This document shows positions 25,593-38,151 of a stretch of 64,000 nucleotides of DNA, piece by piece. Every line of letters begins with the position of its first letter. Position 1 is the first letter of the stretch. The notes under the pieces were generated by a model that was not told where the DNA came from, did not search any database, and worked only from the letters and a program-made list of their open reading frames with translations. Origin of the DNA: Eledone cirrhosa (taxonomy: Eukaryota). The DNA is taken from NCBI GenBank assembly GCA_964016885.1, contig OZ024740.1:37076001-37140000 (forward strand), written 5' to 3'. The translations under genes and the position numbers were made by a program.

Positions 25593-25784
25593 ATATTGTT
25601 ATACTTTGGGAGGGTCATGTTGCCAATAAGAAACACACGCACCAGTTGCTTTCACTTCAATTTATTATAAATTAAATTTATAAATTTAGGACTTTATAAA
25701 TTGAATTTATAATAAATTGAAGTGAAAGCAACTGGTGTGTGTGTTTCTTATTGGCAACATGACCCTCCCAAAGTATAACAATAT
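25593..25784. repeat. inverted repeat, ~90 bp arms, 8 bp spacer
   Basis: 25593-25684 is the reverse complement of 25693-25784; ends in (TA)n. Confidence 0.9.
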
Positions 25785-25837
25785 ATATATATATATATAT
25801 AATTTTCTTTTTTTTTTTTTTTATTTTTTTTTTTTAA

Positions 25838-26397
25838 TAGTGGTTTGGCAAGAAAGTAATTTCGTTTTTCGCAAATAGATAGAGTTACGATTTTTTTAAA
25901 TGAAGTTTGTCAATGTTATTATTTTTTCCTTTTGACATTTGATAGCCGTTACTTCTAGCTTACTTTAGAAGCAAATCGCACGTAATTTTGTTTAGAGTCG
26001 TTAGTTCAGTGTCAATTTTAACATGGAGTGCAAAAACGAACATTTTCGCCATATTTTGCTTTTTTTTATTTCCGTAAAGGCAGGAAAGCTGCTGAGGCTC
26101 ACGGAGAGATATGTGAAGTTTATGGTGTTGATTGCTTAACAGAACACACGTGTCAGAAATGGTTTTAAAAATTCCGTTCTGGAGATTTTTCACTCGAAGA
26201 TGACCAAACGTTCTGGTCGACCTACTGAGCCATAAACAAACAACAATTTAAAATCACTTAAAATGTCTTGGACTCGTTAAGAAGCTCGATATTTGAGTTC
26301 CACATAAATTGAAAGAGATTCACTTAACACAACAAATCAATATTTGCAATTAAAACGCATTGAAATCGACCTTTTTTTTAAACGAATCATCACCGGC
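25838..26397 (+). mobile_element. mariner transposon 5' fragment
   Basis: TIR-like GGTTTGGCAAGAAAGTAATTTCG; from ATG 26003 MECKNEHFRHILL..EICEVYG..WF..FRSGDFSLED..RSGRP; ends at FLKRIITG. Confidence 0.85.
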
Positions 26398-26925
26398 ATC
26401 TATACAAACTAAACAATTTGCCACATTCTGAGAAATGGTATGAGCATAAGCCAGAGCCGGTAATAGAAAACGATCAAGTGAAGGTGCTATGGGATTTTAG
26501 GATACAGACGGACAAGAAACTGGAACACAATAGGCCTGACCTGGTGGTTTTTGACAAGGTAAAAAGTTCGTGCCTGATTATGGATGTAGCCTGCCCATTT
26601 CACACGATAGTGCAAGAAAAGGAGAGGGAGAAAATTATCCGATACCACGATTTAAAGTAGGAGTTAAAAAGGATTTGGAACTGACATGAGATCAAGGTCA
26701 TACCGATTGTCATAGGAGCACTAGGTACTATCTCAAAGAGTTTCAAGGATGGTTAAAGAAGATCAGTCCAGCTCCGTTTTTTGGAACACTTCAAAAGGAA
26801 TGCTTCCTGGGAACAGCAAGAACCCTCCAATACGTCCTGAATATCTGAGGCTGCAGGTAGTGGCTTGATATTCATTTCAACAAAATTTCCAGTTAAATAA
26901 CATCAATGACTGAGACTCAAAGAAC
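26398..26925 (+). mobile_element. R4/Dong-like family B, 3' fragment (Dong-B1)
   Basis: RLE region KWYEHKP..LWDFRIQTD..HNRPD..DVACP, homologous to 54355-54890. Joined to mariner through TCACCGGC microhomology; (AAT)17 tail at 26926-26976. Confidence 0.9.
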
Positions 26926-26976
<51 letters not shown>

Positions 26977-26977
<1 letters not shown>

Positions 26978-29900
26978 TTTTCTTTATTAACCACAAGGGT
27001 TTACATAAAGTAGACATTAAGGACAGTACAGGACAATACAGGACGGTACAAATGGGCATTTCTTCTTGTAAAAAAAAAAAAATATATAACAAAATATAAC
27101 AATGAAAAATTCCCCAATAGGGTGGAGACTTCCGAGGGACATTTGTGGAGAAAGCCCATTAAAAGGCCACAGTGACCCTCACCACCAGGGTAAGTGCCCT
27201 CTCCCAGTTTTCCATCTTTAATTTACAGACACATATTCAGAGTAGGCCCATTCACTCGAGCCATACTTGCTTCTCTCACCAATCTTTCAACAAAAGGCTG
27301 GGATTTTCCTTTTCAAATGAAATTTGAAAAGGTTAATCAGGGCATCACCAAAGAGGTAAGTGCTCGTCTTCAGCCCTTTCAAACGTGTCCACCATACAAT
27401 CTCTTTCGCCATGGCCACAAGACAGATAAAAACTGCCTGCCCTTCCCGGTTAAAGGAAGAGGGCGGGGAAATCTTCACGATGGACTCAGCTGATAGCTGG
27501 ATCCGTCCTAAACGTGACAGCAGGTGTTCGACATAAACCCACAAGTCAGCAATGCTCGGACACTGGACGAGTGCGTGCAGGACGGTTTCGCCGCCCTGCG
27601 CGCATCTCAGACATGCCCGGCTGACGGCACCTCTATGCTTGTAGAGTTTATCCTGAACTGGCAAAGCTCCTTGGTAGCACTGCCAGGCCAGGGATTTCTG
27701 GAAGTTGTCCATAGGCCCCGACCCGAAAGTCCTTCAGAAGAGATTGGCTAGTTGATTTTCGTCAACGCCTAGAGTTTCTCCAAGTACATCGTCTCTCTTC
27801 CCCTCCACTAATCTTCTATAGAACGCCAAGCTGGAGTTTCCACCAATCACATTTCCCGATTGGTCATGGGCTGTGAGCGCCTGAAGACATTCCAGTCTCC
27901 AAGCGCTCCCTCTCGGTCTTCGCTTGACCCAGGACTGCAGCTCCGTCAAGGAGACGAGCTCGGGAAAGACGTGTCTAACAAACGGCGACCACACCTGATC
28001 ATCGTCGAGGAAGAGGTGGAGATGTCGTAGCCTGAGCGCGTGTCTGCGCATCATCAGCCACGGCATGCCCAGCCCTCCACGTAGCGGGTGTTGACAGCAG
28101 ATGGACCGCCTGACCATCGGAGCGCGTCCCTTCCACAAAAAGCGAAAGAGCAAACGCTCCAGCGTAGTCAGGCGGGGCTTATGACAAGGTACGACGGTCA
28201 GGCGGTAGTAGATGACGGACGCGATGTACGCATTAGCCACCTCCGCTCGACCTTTCAGGGATAGCTTCCTCTCGGCCCATTTCTGGGTGAGAGAAGCCAC
28301 CCTGCTCGTCACCTCGTCCCAGTTTTTGTCCGTCTGGAGGTCCGGACCGAACCAGACACCAATACGGTGACATCGTCCGCATATGCTGACACGGATCTTC
28401 CGCATCCTAGTTCGCGCGGGACCCGCCTCAACGTCTCCAGTTTGTGCAGTAATGGCTCGAGAATCAATACGTACAAGAGGGACGAGAGGCGACATCTTTG
28501 GCGGACCGGGCGCATGATGTTGAACGGTTCCGAAAGGTGACCGTTCACTCTCACCACAGAGCAGATGACGCTGTGCATGGCAGCGATCCAGCCTCTGAAG
28601 ACGGGCCCAAAGCCAGCCGCCCTCAGGACTGCCGCTAGGTAACGATGGTCGACCCTATCGAAAGCTTTCGACTGATCTAAATTTATCAAGGACCCACCCG
28701 TGCAAAGTTCCCTAGCTACTCTCTCCACGATGTATCGCATGAGGTGGAGGTTGTCGTGGATGGATCTGTCGGGAATGTTGCATATCTGCGCCTCTCCCAC
28801 CAGACCACCAACGATAAGTGCCAACCTCTTTGCTAGCCCTTGGCCAAAATCTTGGACTCTGCGTTCAGCAGAGTTATGGGCCTGAAATTATCTATGTTAT
28901 CCCTCTTGTTAGGATCTTTTCTCAGCACTCCGCCTCAGTGGTCGAGAGCTGCGGCAGTTCGTCGAGGTAGACACTAAAGTCCATCCCTCGATCTGGCCCG
29001 CCGCTGCCCCCGAACAGCTGTGCGAAGTGTCGCAGAAAAGCTACACACATTTGCACGGGATCGAGCAGCATGCGCCCGTCGTGGTCCACCAAAGACCGGA
29101 TCGTGGCTTGTTCCCACGACGTGCCTCCGCCACTCGGGCCCATTGAACGGCTTTCGTCCATTACTAAACCTAATGGACTCTATTCTAATCGCTCTTTTCA
29201 GAGCAAACAACCACTTGTTGTTGACGATGACCCCCGTCAACGCCCGCTTAACTAGTTCGCTAATCCGGTCTCTGTAGGCTTTGCGCCCTGGTAAGAACGC
29301 GTTTAGCTTCCAGTAGCCGGGTCCTCGTCTATGAAGCCTATCTAAGTCAAGCACACAGATCACGAATTTGTGGTCCGTGTAGCTGACTATCTTGAATTGT
29401 GGACAGCCTATGCTAGACCTATCTATTTCCCTACAAAATATACTATCTAGATATGATCTGGATGATCCTATGCGATTTGTCCAAGTCCACATTGGCACAT
29501 TCGGGAAATCCAATCGGTACCTGTCAGACAGTTCAAAACCCCTGAGCAGGTTGGTGAGGCCCTTTCACCCTCCTCCCCTATCCGCTAATCCCACACAGTC
29601 CCAGCGTGCATCTTAGATCCCGTTCCAGTCGCCCACTAACACTAAAGAGCGGGACGTTCCAAGAAACGTCTCCAGATGCCGGAAGAAATCAGGCCGCCCT
29701 GCTCCTGTCGGGGCATAGACGGCCACTAGGCTGAAAGCTTGCCCGTCTCCGCTGGTCACGTCCAGCACCACCAACTTACCCTCTGGGTCCAGGAAGATGG
29801 CCCGTATGGCGAGATCCAAACCTCTCCGAAAAAGCACAGCAACTCCTCCCCCCGATCCAGGACGGCTGGGACATGCGTACACATGGTAGCCTCCGAAGAT

Positions 29901-32048
29901 CGTTGCGAAGGCCCGTGCTTCGGAGATTCTGGTCTCGCTGATATCCACGACATCTATGTTCAGTGACCTGAGGTCGTTGATCAGGTGGCCCTGCTTCCAT
30001 GATGACCCCAAGCCACGCCCATTTATGCTGCCTATTCTGAGTGAGGTCATGTTGAAATGGAGTGGAAAAGATGGGAAAGACTTACTTCTCGTAGAGGAAG
30101 GATGGTTTGTCCATCCTTTTCACCGCTTCTGGCCTCCTCCGGAAGGATGTCCTTATAACTCCTCCTGGAGAGTGCTTGTTGGAAGTCTCCGATATCTTTG
30201 GGGAATTTTTGTTTTAGTGTCGTGTACGTTTTCTGTGTGATGCGAGTGATTTGTATGTGTGGATGTGGTGTGAACTTTTTTGGTGTTGTGTAGTCTTTTT
30301 CTGTGATGCTGGTGTTGTGTTGGATGTAGTGTAATAATTGATTGTTCAAATTTAATGTTGTGTAGTGTGTATCGTTTTGGCTGTTTTGTTTTGTTTGCGT
30401 TTGTTGTGGGTTTGTTTCTGTTACGCTTTTTGGTGACTTTTGTGGTGTTGGTGATGGTGGTGTTGGGGTTAATGATGGTGATGATGTTGGTGTTTGTGGT
30501 GATGTGGTTGGTGATGCTGGTGTGGATGGTAGCAACTTTTTTGTTTGATAGTTTATTTGTTTCCTTCTGTATTTTGTTTTTGGAGGGGGAAGAAAGAGAA
30601 TTTTTCCTTTTTTGGTTTCTTTTGCTTTTTTTTTCTGATACCGTTTTCCACTCGTCGTCACAATCTGTCTCCAGTTGCGATAGGTCGGGGAGTGGAAAAT
30701 CCTCCACAGGCGTTGGTTTTGGGAGTGGCGTGGTGGATGGTGTAGGCGCTGGTGCTAGTTCTGGCGCGTTGGGTGGTGGTGATGTTGGTTTTGCTACTGT
30801 TGCTGGGGTTGTTGCTGTTACAGTTGCTTCTGTTGTTGCTGCTACAGTTGTTGCTGCCATTTCTGCTGCTGGTGGTGTTGATGGTTGAGTCACTGGGGTG
30901 GGTAAGAGAGGTGCCCTCAACCTTTTAGCCTGAGGGAAAAATGCCCTTAGGTGGGTTCCTTCACCACAAACGACACACCTAGGCCTTCTGCCGTCAGTGA
31001 GGTCTATTACCTCTAGGATCTCCTCAATGCTTTTTTGGTTCGCTTGGATCAGGAGCTCCATCCCAGATCCGGACCAGTTCTCCTGCTTTTCTTTCGCTAT
31101 TTCCATTATCTTGGTGTTGGCCTCGATGCCGGCGAGGACGGCAGCCATTAGCCAGGGAATTTCGATGGCCGGTGGAATGTGGATCACCCTGATCTTCACG
31201 AGTCTCTGGCCACAATAGCTTGTGACGAGTGTGAAGTCGTCACTTCTTAATGGGGCCATGGAGTGTTCTCTGGCCTCCTGTGGTGCTTCAAAGAACACGT
31301 CCACGGTTCCATATTTCTGCCCACGTCTGATGTGTGGGTTTTTTTCCCACACATGTCCCAAAGCTTTTTGGATTTAGGACTCGGATGCTCGTTCCACTCG
31401 GCGCGATTTTATGTTAATCGTCCGATAAGACACGGTGCATAGGCGCCGATGCTCCATTTTATTAGATGGGGGAGGGGGTTGACCCTGTACCCATCTTTCT
31501 TTACCATTTGTTGGCTTCTTCTAATTCCTCCTGAGTTACCTGGAATGCTTCGCACTTTTTCGCTACTCTGGCAAAAGACATAGTTTTCTTATTCTCATTG
31601 TTGCTGTTGTTGTTATCGTTACTTTTGCTATTGTTAATTTTAGTTTCAGTTGTGGTGGTGGTGGCGTCAGTGGTGTTCGGTGTGGAAGAGTTCATTTTGG
31701 CTGAATTCGTTTCGATATCACGAGATTATTTATTGTTTTCTTTTGTTTCTGTTGTTGCTGTGGTGGTGGGGGGCGGCTTCAACACCTGCAGTCATTGGTA
31801 ATGGCGGGAAATGAATGTCTGCCTGAGACAAATTTAAAATATTGCTACTGCTTTTTTTTTTGATAATTATAAAAGTTTAAATTTTGGGCTCAAGGCCCCA
31901 ATCTTTTTGAGTGTCCTTTTCGGAAAACAATGTATGTGCACTTATATACAGTTAACAATAAACATTTTCCATAAATGGTAATTTTAAACAAACGAAAACA
32001 ACAAACTTTTGCGGAGCTCACGATGATACGATTTACTACGTACGTCGC
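26977..32048 (-). mobile_element. Tx1-clade LINE family A, copy 1 (both ends present, internally deleted)
   Basis: Homologous to 54969-60833; ORF1/ORF2 fragments with frameshifts and deletions; (AAT)n at both ends. Confidence 0.92.
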
Positions 32049-32404
32049 TAATAATAATAATAATTATAATAATAATAACAATAATAATTTTAATAATAAT
32101 GATTTCTTTATTGGCCACAAGGGCTGACATCAAGAAAAACATCACAGACGGAACAGGACGGTATGATGTGGGTTTTATGCGTGTAAATATTTTTATTATT
32201 TATATAAGAAAAGAAAAAAACATAAAACATATATATATATATAAACAATAAAATGAAAATTGAAACAATGAAAAATTCCCCAATAGGGGGGAAACCTCCG
32301 AGGGTTACTCGTGGCGAAAACCACACAAAAGACCACGGCCACCCTGACTACCAGGGCAAGTGCCCTCTCTCAATTTTTCCATCTCACAAACTACAGACGT
32401 ATAT

Positions 32405-35400
32405 TCAGAGTATGTTCACTCGGACCATTCTCGCTACATTCACCCACCTTTCAACAAACTTGCTAGAAAGCAGCACTTGCCACTCCACCCTGATTTTCCT
32501 CTTCAAGTGAAACTTGAAAAAGTTAATCAGGGATTCGCCGAAGAGGAATGTGTTTGTCTTTAATCCTTTTAACCTTGTCCACCACACAATCACTTTCGCC
32601 ATGGCCACCAGGCAGATTAAAACCGCCTGCCCTTCCTCCTCAAAGGAAGACGGCGAGACCATCTGCACAATGGACTCAGTCGACAACCGGATCAGTCCCA
32701 GAGGCGACAGCAACTGTTCGACATAGTTCCACAAGTCAGCAATGCTCGGGCACTGAACGAGTGCGTGCACAACGGTTTCGTCGCTATGCGCGCATCTCGG
32801 ACAGGCCCGGCTGACGGCACTTCCGTGCCTGTAGAGCTTATCTCGAACCGGCAGCGCTCCCCGGTAGCACTGCCAGGCCAGGGATTTTTGGAAGTTATCC
32901 ATAGGTCCCGGGCTGAAAGTTCTCCGGAAGAGAGCAAGCAGCTGATCTTCTTCGACGCCCAGGATCTCTCCGAGAACGTCGTCGCTCTTCCCCTCCACTA
33001 GTCCTCTATAGAACGCCGAGGTGGACGTTCCACCGATACTGGTGACCAACTGGGAGAGGGCAGTGAGCGTCTGGAGACATTTCAGTTTCCAAGCGCTATC
33101 CCTCGGTCTTTTTCTGACCCAGGACTGCAGCTCCGTCAAGGAGACGAGCTGTGGGAAAATGTGCCTGGCGAACGGCGACCACACCCGTTCACCATCAAGG
33201 AAGCACCAGAGATGTCGCAGCCTCAACGCATGTTTACGCATCATCAGCCATGGCATGCACAGTCCTCCACGCAACGGGTGTTGACATCAGATGGATCGTC
33301 TGACCATGGGAGCGCGTCCCTTCCACAAAAAGCGGAAGAGGGGGCGCTCCATTTTGGTGAGAGTTGGACTGGAGCAAGGGACGACGGTGAGGCAGTAGCA
33401 GATAACGGATGCGATGTACGCATTCGCCACTTCCGCCCGGCCTTTCAGGTACAGCTTCCTCTCAGCCCATTTCCGGGTGAAAGAGGCCACCCTGCTCGTC
33501 ACCTCGTTCCAGTTTTTCTCCATCTGGAGGTCCGATCCGAACCAGACCCCGAGCAATTTAACCGGTCTGTCCGTCCAACGCCCCACAACGCTGTCGGGCG
33601 GCATGGACTTGCCTCTCCAGGTGCCTAGCTGCAAGCCCACCGACTTTTCATGGTTTATCTTTGCTCCTGTCACCGCTTCGTATTCTCTTAGTGTAGTGCC
33701 GATCGCCTCGATGTGTTTGGCGTTCGACACCACTACGTATTCCTTGAGAGCGGTGCCGAGCATCTGGACGTGTCTGGTGCTCGACACCACCACGGTGACG
33801 TCGTCCGCGTAGGCCGACTCGGATTTCCCGCATCCTAGTTCGCGTGGGACGCCCCTCATCGCCCCCAGTTTGTGCAGTAACGGCTCGAGAGCCAATACGT
33901 ACAAGAGGGACGAGAGGAGACAACCCTGGCGGACTGAGCGCACGATGCTGAACGGCTGCGACAGGTGACCGTTCACCCTCACAACTGAGCAGATGTCGCT
34001 GTACATTGCTGCGATCCAACGCCTGAAAACGGGCCCGAAACCGGCTGCCTCGAGGACCGCCGCCAGGTACCGATGGTCGACCCTATCGAATGCTTTGGAT
34101 TGATCCAAGTTGATCAGGGCCCCACCCTTGCCAGGTTCCTTAACCACCCTCTCTATGATGCATCGCATGGGGTGGAGGTTGTGGTGTATGGATCTGTCCG
34201 GGATGGCGCATGTCTGCGCCTCTCCCACCAGACTCTTGACGACAAGCGCCAACCTGTTTGCTAACACCTTGGCCAAAATCTTGAACTCTGCGTTTAGCAG
34301 AGTTATGGGCCTGAAATTATCAATAACATCCCCCTTGTTCGGGTCTTTCTCAGCAGCGCCACTGCTCACCGGCTCACAAAACTGGGAATGCTCCCGTTAT
34401 GCTGCCAGTTGCAGTAGACGTCTGCCAAGAGGTCACCGAACAAGTCTGGCATAAATGCATAAAGCTCGTAGGGCAGACCATCTAAACCTGGCGATTTACC
34501 TCTTGTGCAGTTAGCCATCGCTTCCCGTATTTCACCGGCTGTTATTGGCTTTTCGCAACACTGTGCTGCGGTCGTCGAGAGCCGAAGCAGTCTATCGAGG
34601 TCGAGGTATGCACTGAAGTCCATGTCCCGATCCGGGCCGCCGCAGCTCCCGAACAGTTCAGCAAAGTGCTGCTGAAAAGCTTCACACATCCGCTCGGGTT
34701 CGAGCATCACGCACCCGTTTTGGTCAGACAAAGACCGAATTGTGGCTTTATTGCCACGTCGCGCCTCTGCCACCCGGGCCCATTGGACGGCTTTTGTCCC
34801 CTCGTGTTTCAGAGCACGTGCTCTAGCTCTGAGAACGCAGCCTTCGTGTTTTGCGTTGAAGAATTGGTCGAGTGCCAATCTCGCCGCAAGCACGTCGGTT
34901 GCGATGCCTGTCCTAAACGCCTCTTCTAGCTTTCTGACTAGCTGTCCCTCTACTCTATTTTCCTCTATCACTACTCCATTGCTAAACCTAATCGACTCTA
35001 CTTTAATTGCCCTTTTCAGGGCGAACCACCACCTGTTGTTGACGACCGCTCCCGTCAACGCCCGCTTAACTAATACGCTAATCCGGTCTCTGTAGGCCTT
35101 GCGCGCCGGGAAAGACGCGTTCAGCTTCCAGTAACCAGGCCCTTGTCTATGAAGTCTGTCTATGTCGATCTCATGATCACAAATTTGTGGTCTGTGTAGT
35201 CGACTATTTTAAATTGTGGACAACTTATACTAGCCTTATCTAGTTCCCTGCAGAATACCCTATCTAGATACGATCTGGATGACCCGATGCGGTTTGTCCA
35301 TGTCCACATTGGCACATTCGGGTGATCCAGTCGATACCTGTCAGACAGTTCAAAACGTCTGAACAGGTTGGTGAGGCTCTTGCACCCTCCTCCCCTATCC

Positions 35401-35867
35401 ACTAGCCCCACACGATCCCAGCGTGCATCCAAGATACCGTTCCAGTCGCCCACTAACACTAAAGAGCGGGACGTTCCAAGAAAGGTCTCTAGACGTCTGA
35501 AGAAATCTGGCCGTCCTGCCCCTGTTGGGGCGTAGACGGCTACTAGCCTGAAAGCATTGCCTTCGCTGCCGGTCACGTCCATCACCACCGACTTACCTTC
35601 TGGGTCCAGGAAGATGGCCCGTATCGCGAGATCCAAGCTTCTCCGAAAAAGGACGGCAACCCCTCCCCCCGATCCTGGACGGCTGGGAGATGCGTATACA
35701 TCGTAGCCGCCGAAGATCGGTGCGAAGGCCCGGGCCTCGGAGATTCTGGTTTCACTGATGGCCACCACATCTATGTTTAGTGACCTGAGGTCATTGAGCA
35801 GGTGACCCTGCTTCCAAGATGACCCCAGGCCACGTGCATTTATACTGCCTATTCTGAGTACAGTCAT
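32405..35867 (-). pseudogene. Tx1-B ORF2 (AP endonuclease, RT, C-terminal Cys/His motif), frameshifted
   Basis: GSINARG, ISET, GDWN, TDH; FRPITLLN, KAFDRV, QGC, YADD; CPRC..H..C. Split over 35160-35903, 34366-35058, 33287-34369 and 32405-33274. Confidence 0.9.
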
Positions 35868-35897
35868 GTTGGATGAGAAACGGGGCAAATGAGAATG

Positions 35898-37911
35898 GGT
35901 CACTTACTTTGTTCGTGTGGTGAAGGGACAGTAGAACCGTCCCTTTCGCTGGTCATGGGTGTTTCCAAGAGGATATCAGTGTATATCCTCTTGGTAACCG
36001 TCCCTCTGAAGTCTCCAACTGCGTTGGGGAATTTTTGTTTTAAAGGTTTGTATTGTTCTATTGAGATTTCGATGATGCTTATGTTGGTCGGGAGAGTTCT
36101 TGGTGTTGGTGGGGTGTAGTAGTTTTTTTCCGTGATGTCTGTGTGCTGCTTGATATATTTTATGAGTTCTTTTTTTGCTATGTTTATGGCTGTGTACTTT
36201 TGGGGGGGAGGGGTGATTTTGTTGCCGTTTTCTTCTTGTTGCTGTTTGGTGTGTGTGTCTTGTTGTGTTTGCGTTGTTGGTGTTTGTGGTGGTGTTGCTG
36301 CAAGTTTCCTTGCTGCCTTTACCCCCTCTTTGTATGCCTTCGTTTTTGGAGGGTGAATCTAACAGTTTTTTTGTTTTTTGTTTATTTGTGGCAGACTGTT
36401 TGCCACGTCACTCCCGCCTCAAACTCCATGTCGGATTCTGTGGCGTCTGGGAGGGGTATGTGCTCCACGGCTGTTGGTGGTGGTAGTGGAGCCCTCTTCG
36501 GCAATGTTGTTGCTGGTGTAGCTATTTCAAATGTAGCTATTGGTGTTGCCGCTACTGATGATGCTGCTTTAGTTATCCGTGGCCTTGGTACGGGTGCTAC
36601 GGACGTTGCCCTCCTACTCACCGTGGAAGGGGCTTCTTCGTTTGTTGCCTGTCCTGCTCTTGGTAGCAGCGGACCAGGTATTGGAAGGAGAGGGGCCCTC
36701 TTCGGTGTCTTCTGCGGGCAAAAGACCCTGAGGTGACCTTTCGACCCACAGAGATAACATTTTGGCCGTCTTCCTTCTACACTTATAGGGAGTTGGAGTC
36801 CTTCCTCAAAGTCTATGATATCGGGGATAGCCTCGATACATTCCTGGTCAGTTTGTATAAGCATTTGCATGCCTATACCTGACCAGTTCTCTCTCCCTAT
36901 TTTTTCTACTTGCAGCATGGTCGCCCTGTTCTCAATTCCACCAAGGACAGACGCGACCAGCCAAGGTATGGGCACGTCGGGTGGGACTTGGGTCACTTTG
37001 ACCCTCACAATTTTCTGCCCGCAGTAGGAGGGCACCAAGACTAACTCCTCACTCTTTAGGGTTTCCAAAGAGTGAGACTTTGCTTCCTGGGGGGTGGCGA
37101 AAAGTACGTCTACTGTGGCGTACTTTCTGCCTCGGGTGATGTGGGTTATGCGTGCCCAGACGCACCCCAAGGCCTTTTGGATTTGAGCCTCCGTGGCTCT
37201 CTCCACTCGATGTGAGATTTTGCTTACGGTGCTGTAAGTCACCGTTCGTAGCTGCTGGTCCTTGAAAAAATCGGGTGGAGTTTTCAGGGAAACTCTATTT
37301 GCGCTTCTTGTCACCATGGCCCTTGCGACTGCCATCTCCTCCTCTGTGACTAACACTGTCTCGATATTTCGGGCGACACCTGCAAAAGAAGTGGTCCCTT
37401 TTTCAGCAGCACCACTATTGCTGCCGCTACTGGTCTTACTGGTGGTGCTGAGGTCGCTATTACAGGTATCGGTGTCATTGTTGTTCTTTTCGCTCGTACA
37501 GTTGTTGGTGTTGTTTTCGTTGATACTGTTGCTGCTGTTACTGTTATTGTGGATATTGTTATTATTGTTGTTTTTGTTGATACTGTTCCTACTATTATTG
37601 TTGTTGTGGCTGTTGTTATTGTCATTGTTATTGTCGTTCTCGACCTTACCGCTGTTATTTTTGTTATTGTCGTCCTCGACTTTACCGCCGTTATTTTTGG
37701 TGTTGTTGTTGGTGATGTTGTTGGTGTTATTGTTGGTGTTGTTTGTGTTAGAAATATTTGTTAATTTTAAATCTGTAACAATCTTCTTTTCCTTTGTAAT
37801 ATTTTCGTTTATATTTACCTCCGCTGGAACGCTGTCTTGTTGACATGCTGATAAAGTCTCCCTCTCTCTGTGTTGTCTGACAGCGCTCTCTCTCTTTTTT
37901 GTGTTATCCAT
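35898..37911 (-). pseudogene. Tx1-B ORF1 (Asn-rich N-terminus, CCHC zinc knuckle)
   Basis: ORF 36382-37926 with CYLCGSKGHLRVFC; the C-terminal KQKFP..GDF..RIY.DIL segment lies beyond the stop at 36382. Confidence 0.85.
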
Positions 37912-38151
37912 GTTGAAATTTTTCAAAAAATATTTTACACAAATACGAATACGACACCCCGTAAAGTGGTGCCTTATTATTTACTAGTGAACCCCTGTAT
38001 TAGGTGGGTCACTTCTTCTAAACTTTTATCAAATTTAAAACTTGAATAAAAGGTTTAGAACGGTTGAAAAAGAAGTAAAACGTTGAAAAAGACTGGAGGC
38101 GATAAGAAGCGTGGCTTCACCAACCAATAATAATAATAATAATAATAATAA

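Larger units (their letters stand above)
32101..38125 (-). mobile_element. Tx1-clade LINE family B, full length, few lesions
   Basis: ORF1 with zinc knuckle plus APE-RT ORF2; 5' UTR distinct from family A; 3' end AATAAAGAAATC(ATT)n; (AAT)n at both ends. Confidence 0.92.

Noticed and set aside
26398-27300. Segmental duplication with 54355-55280 (DongB-AAT-Tx1A)
   Set aside because: Copies differ at many sites and the neighbours differ. Independent targeted insertion explains it, though an old duplication is not excluded.
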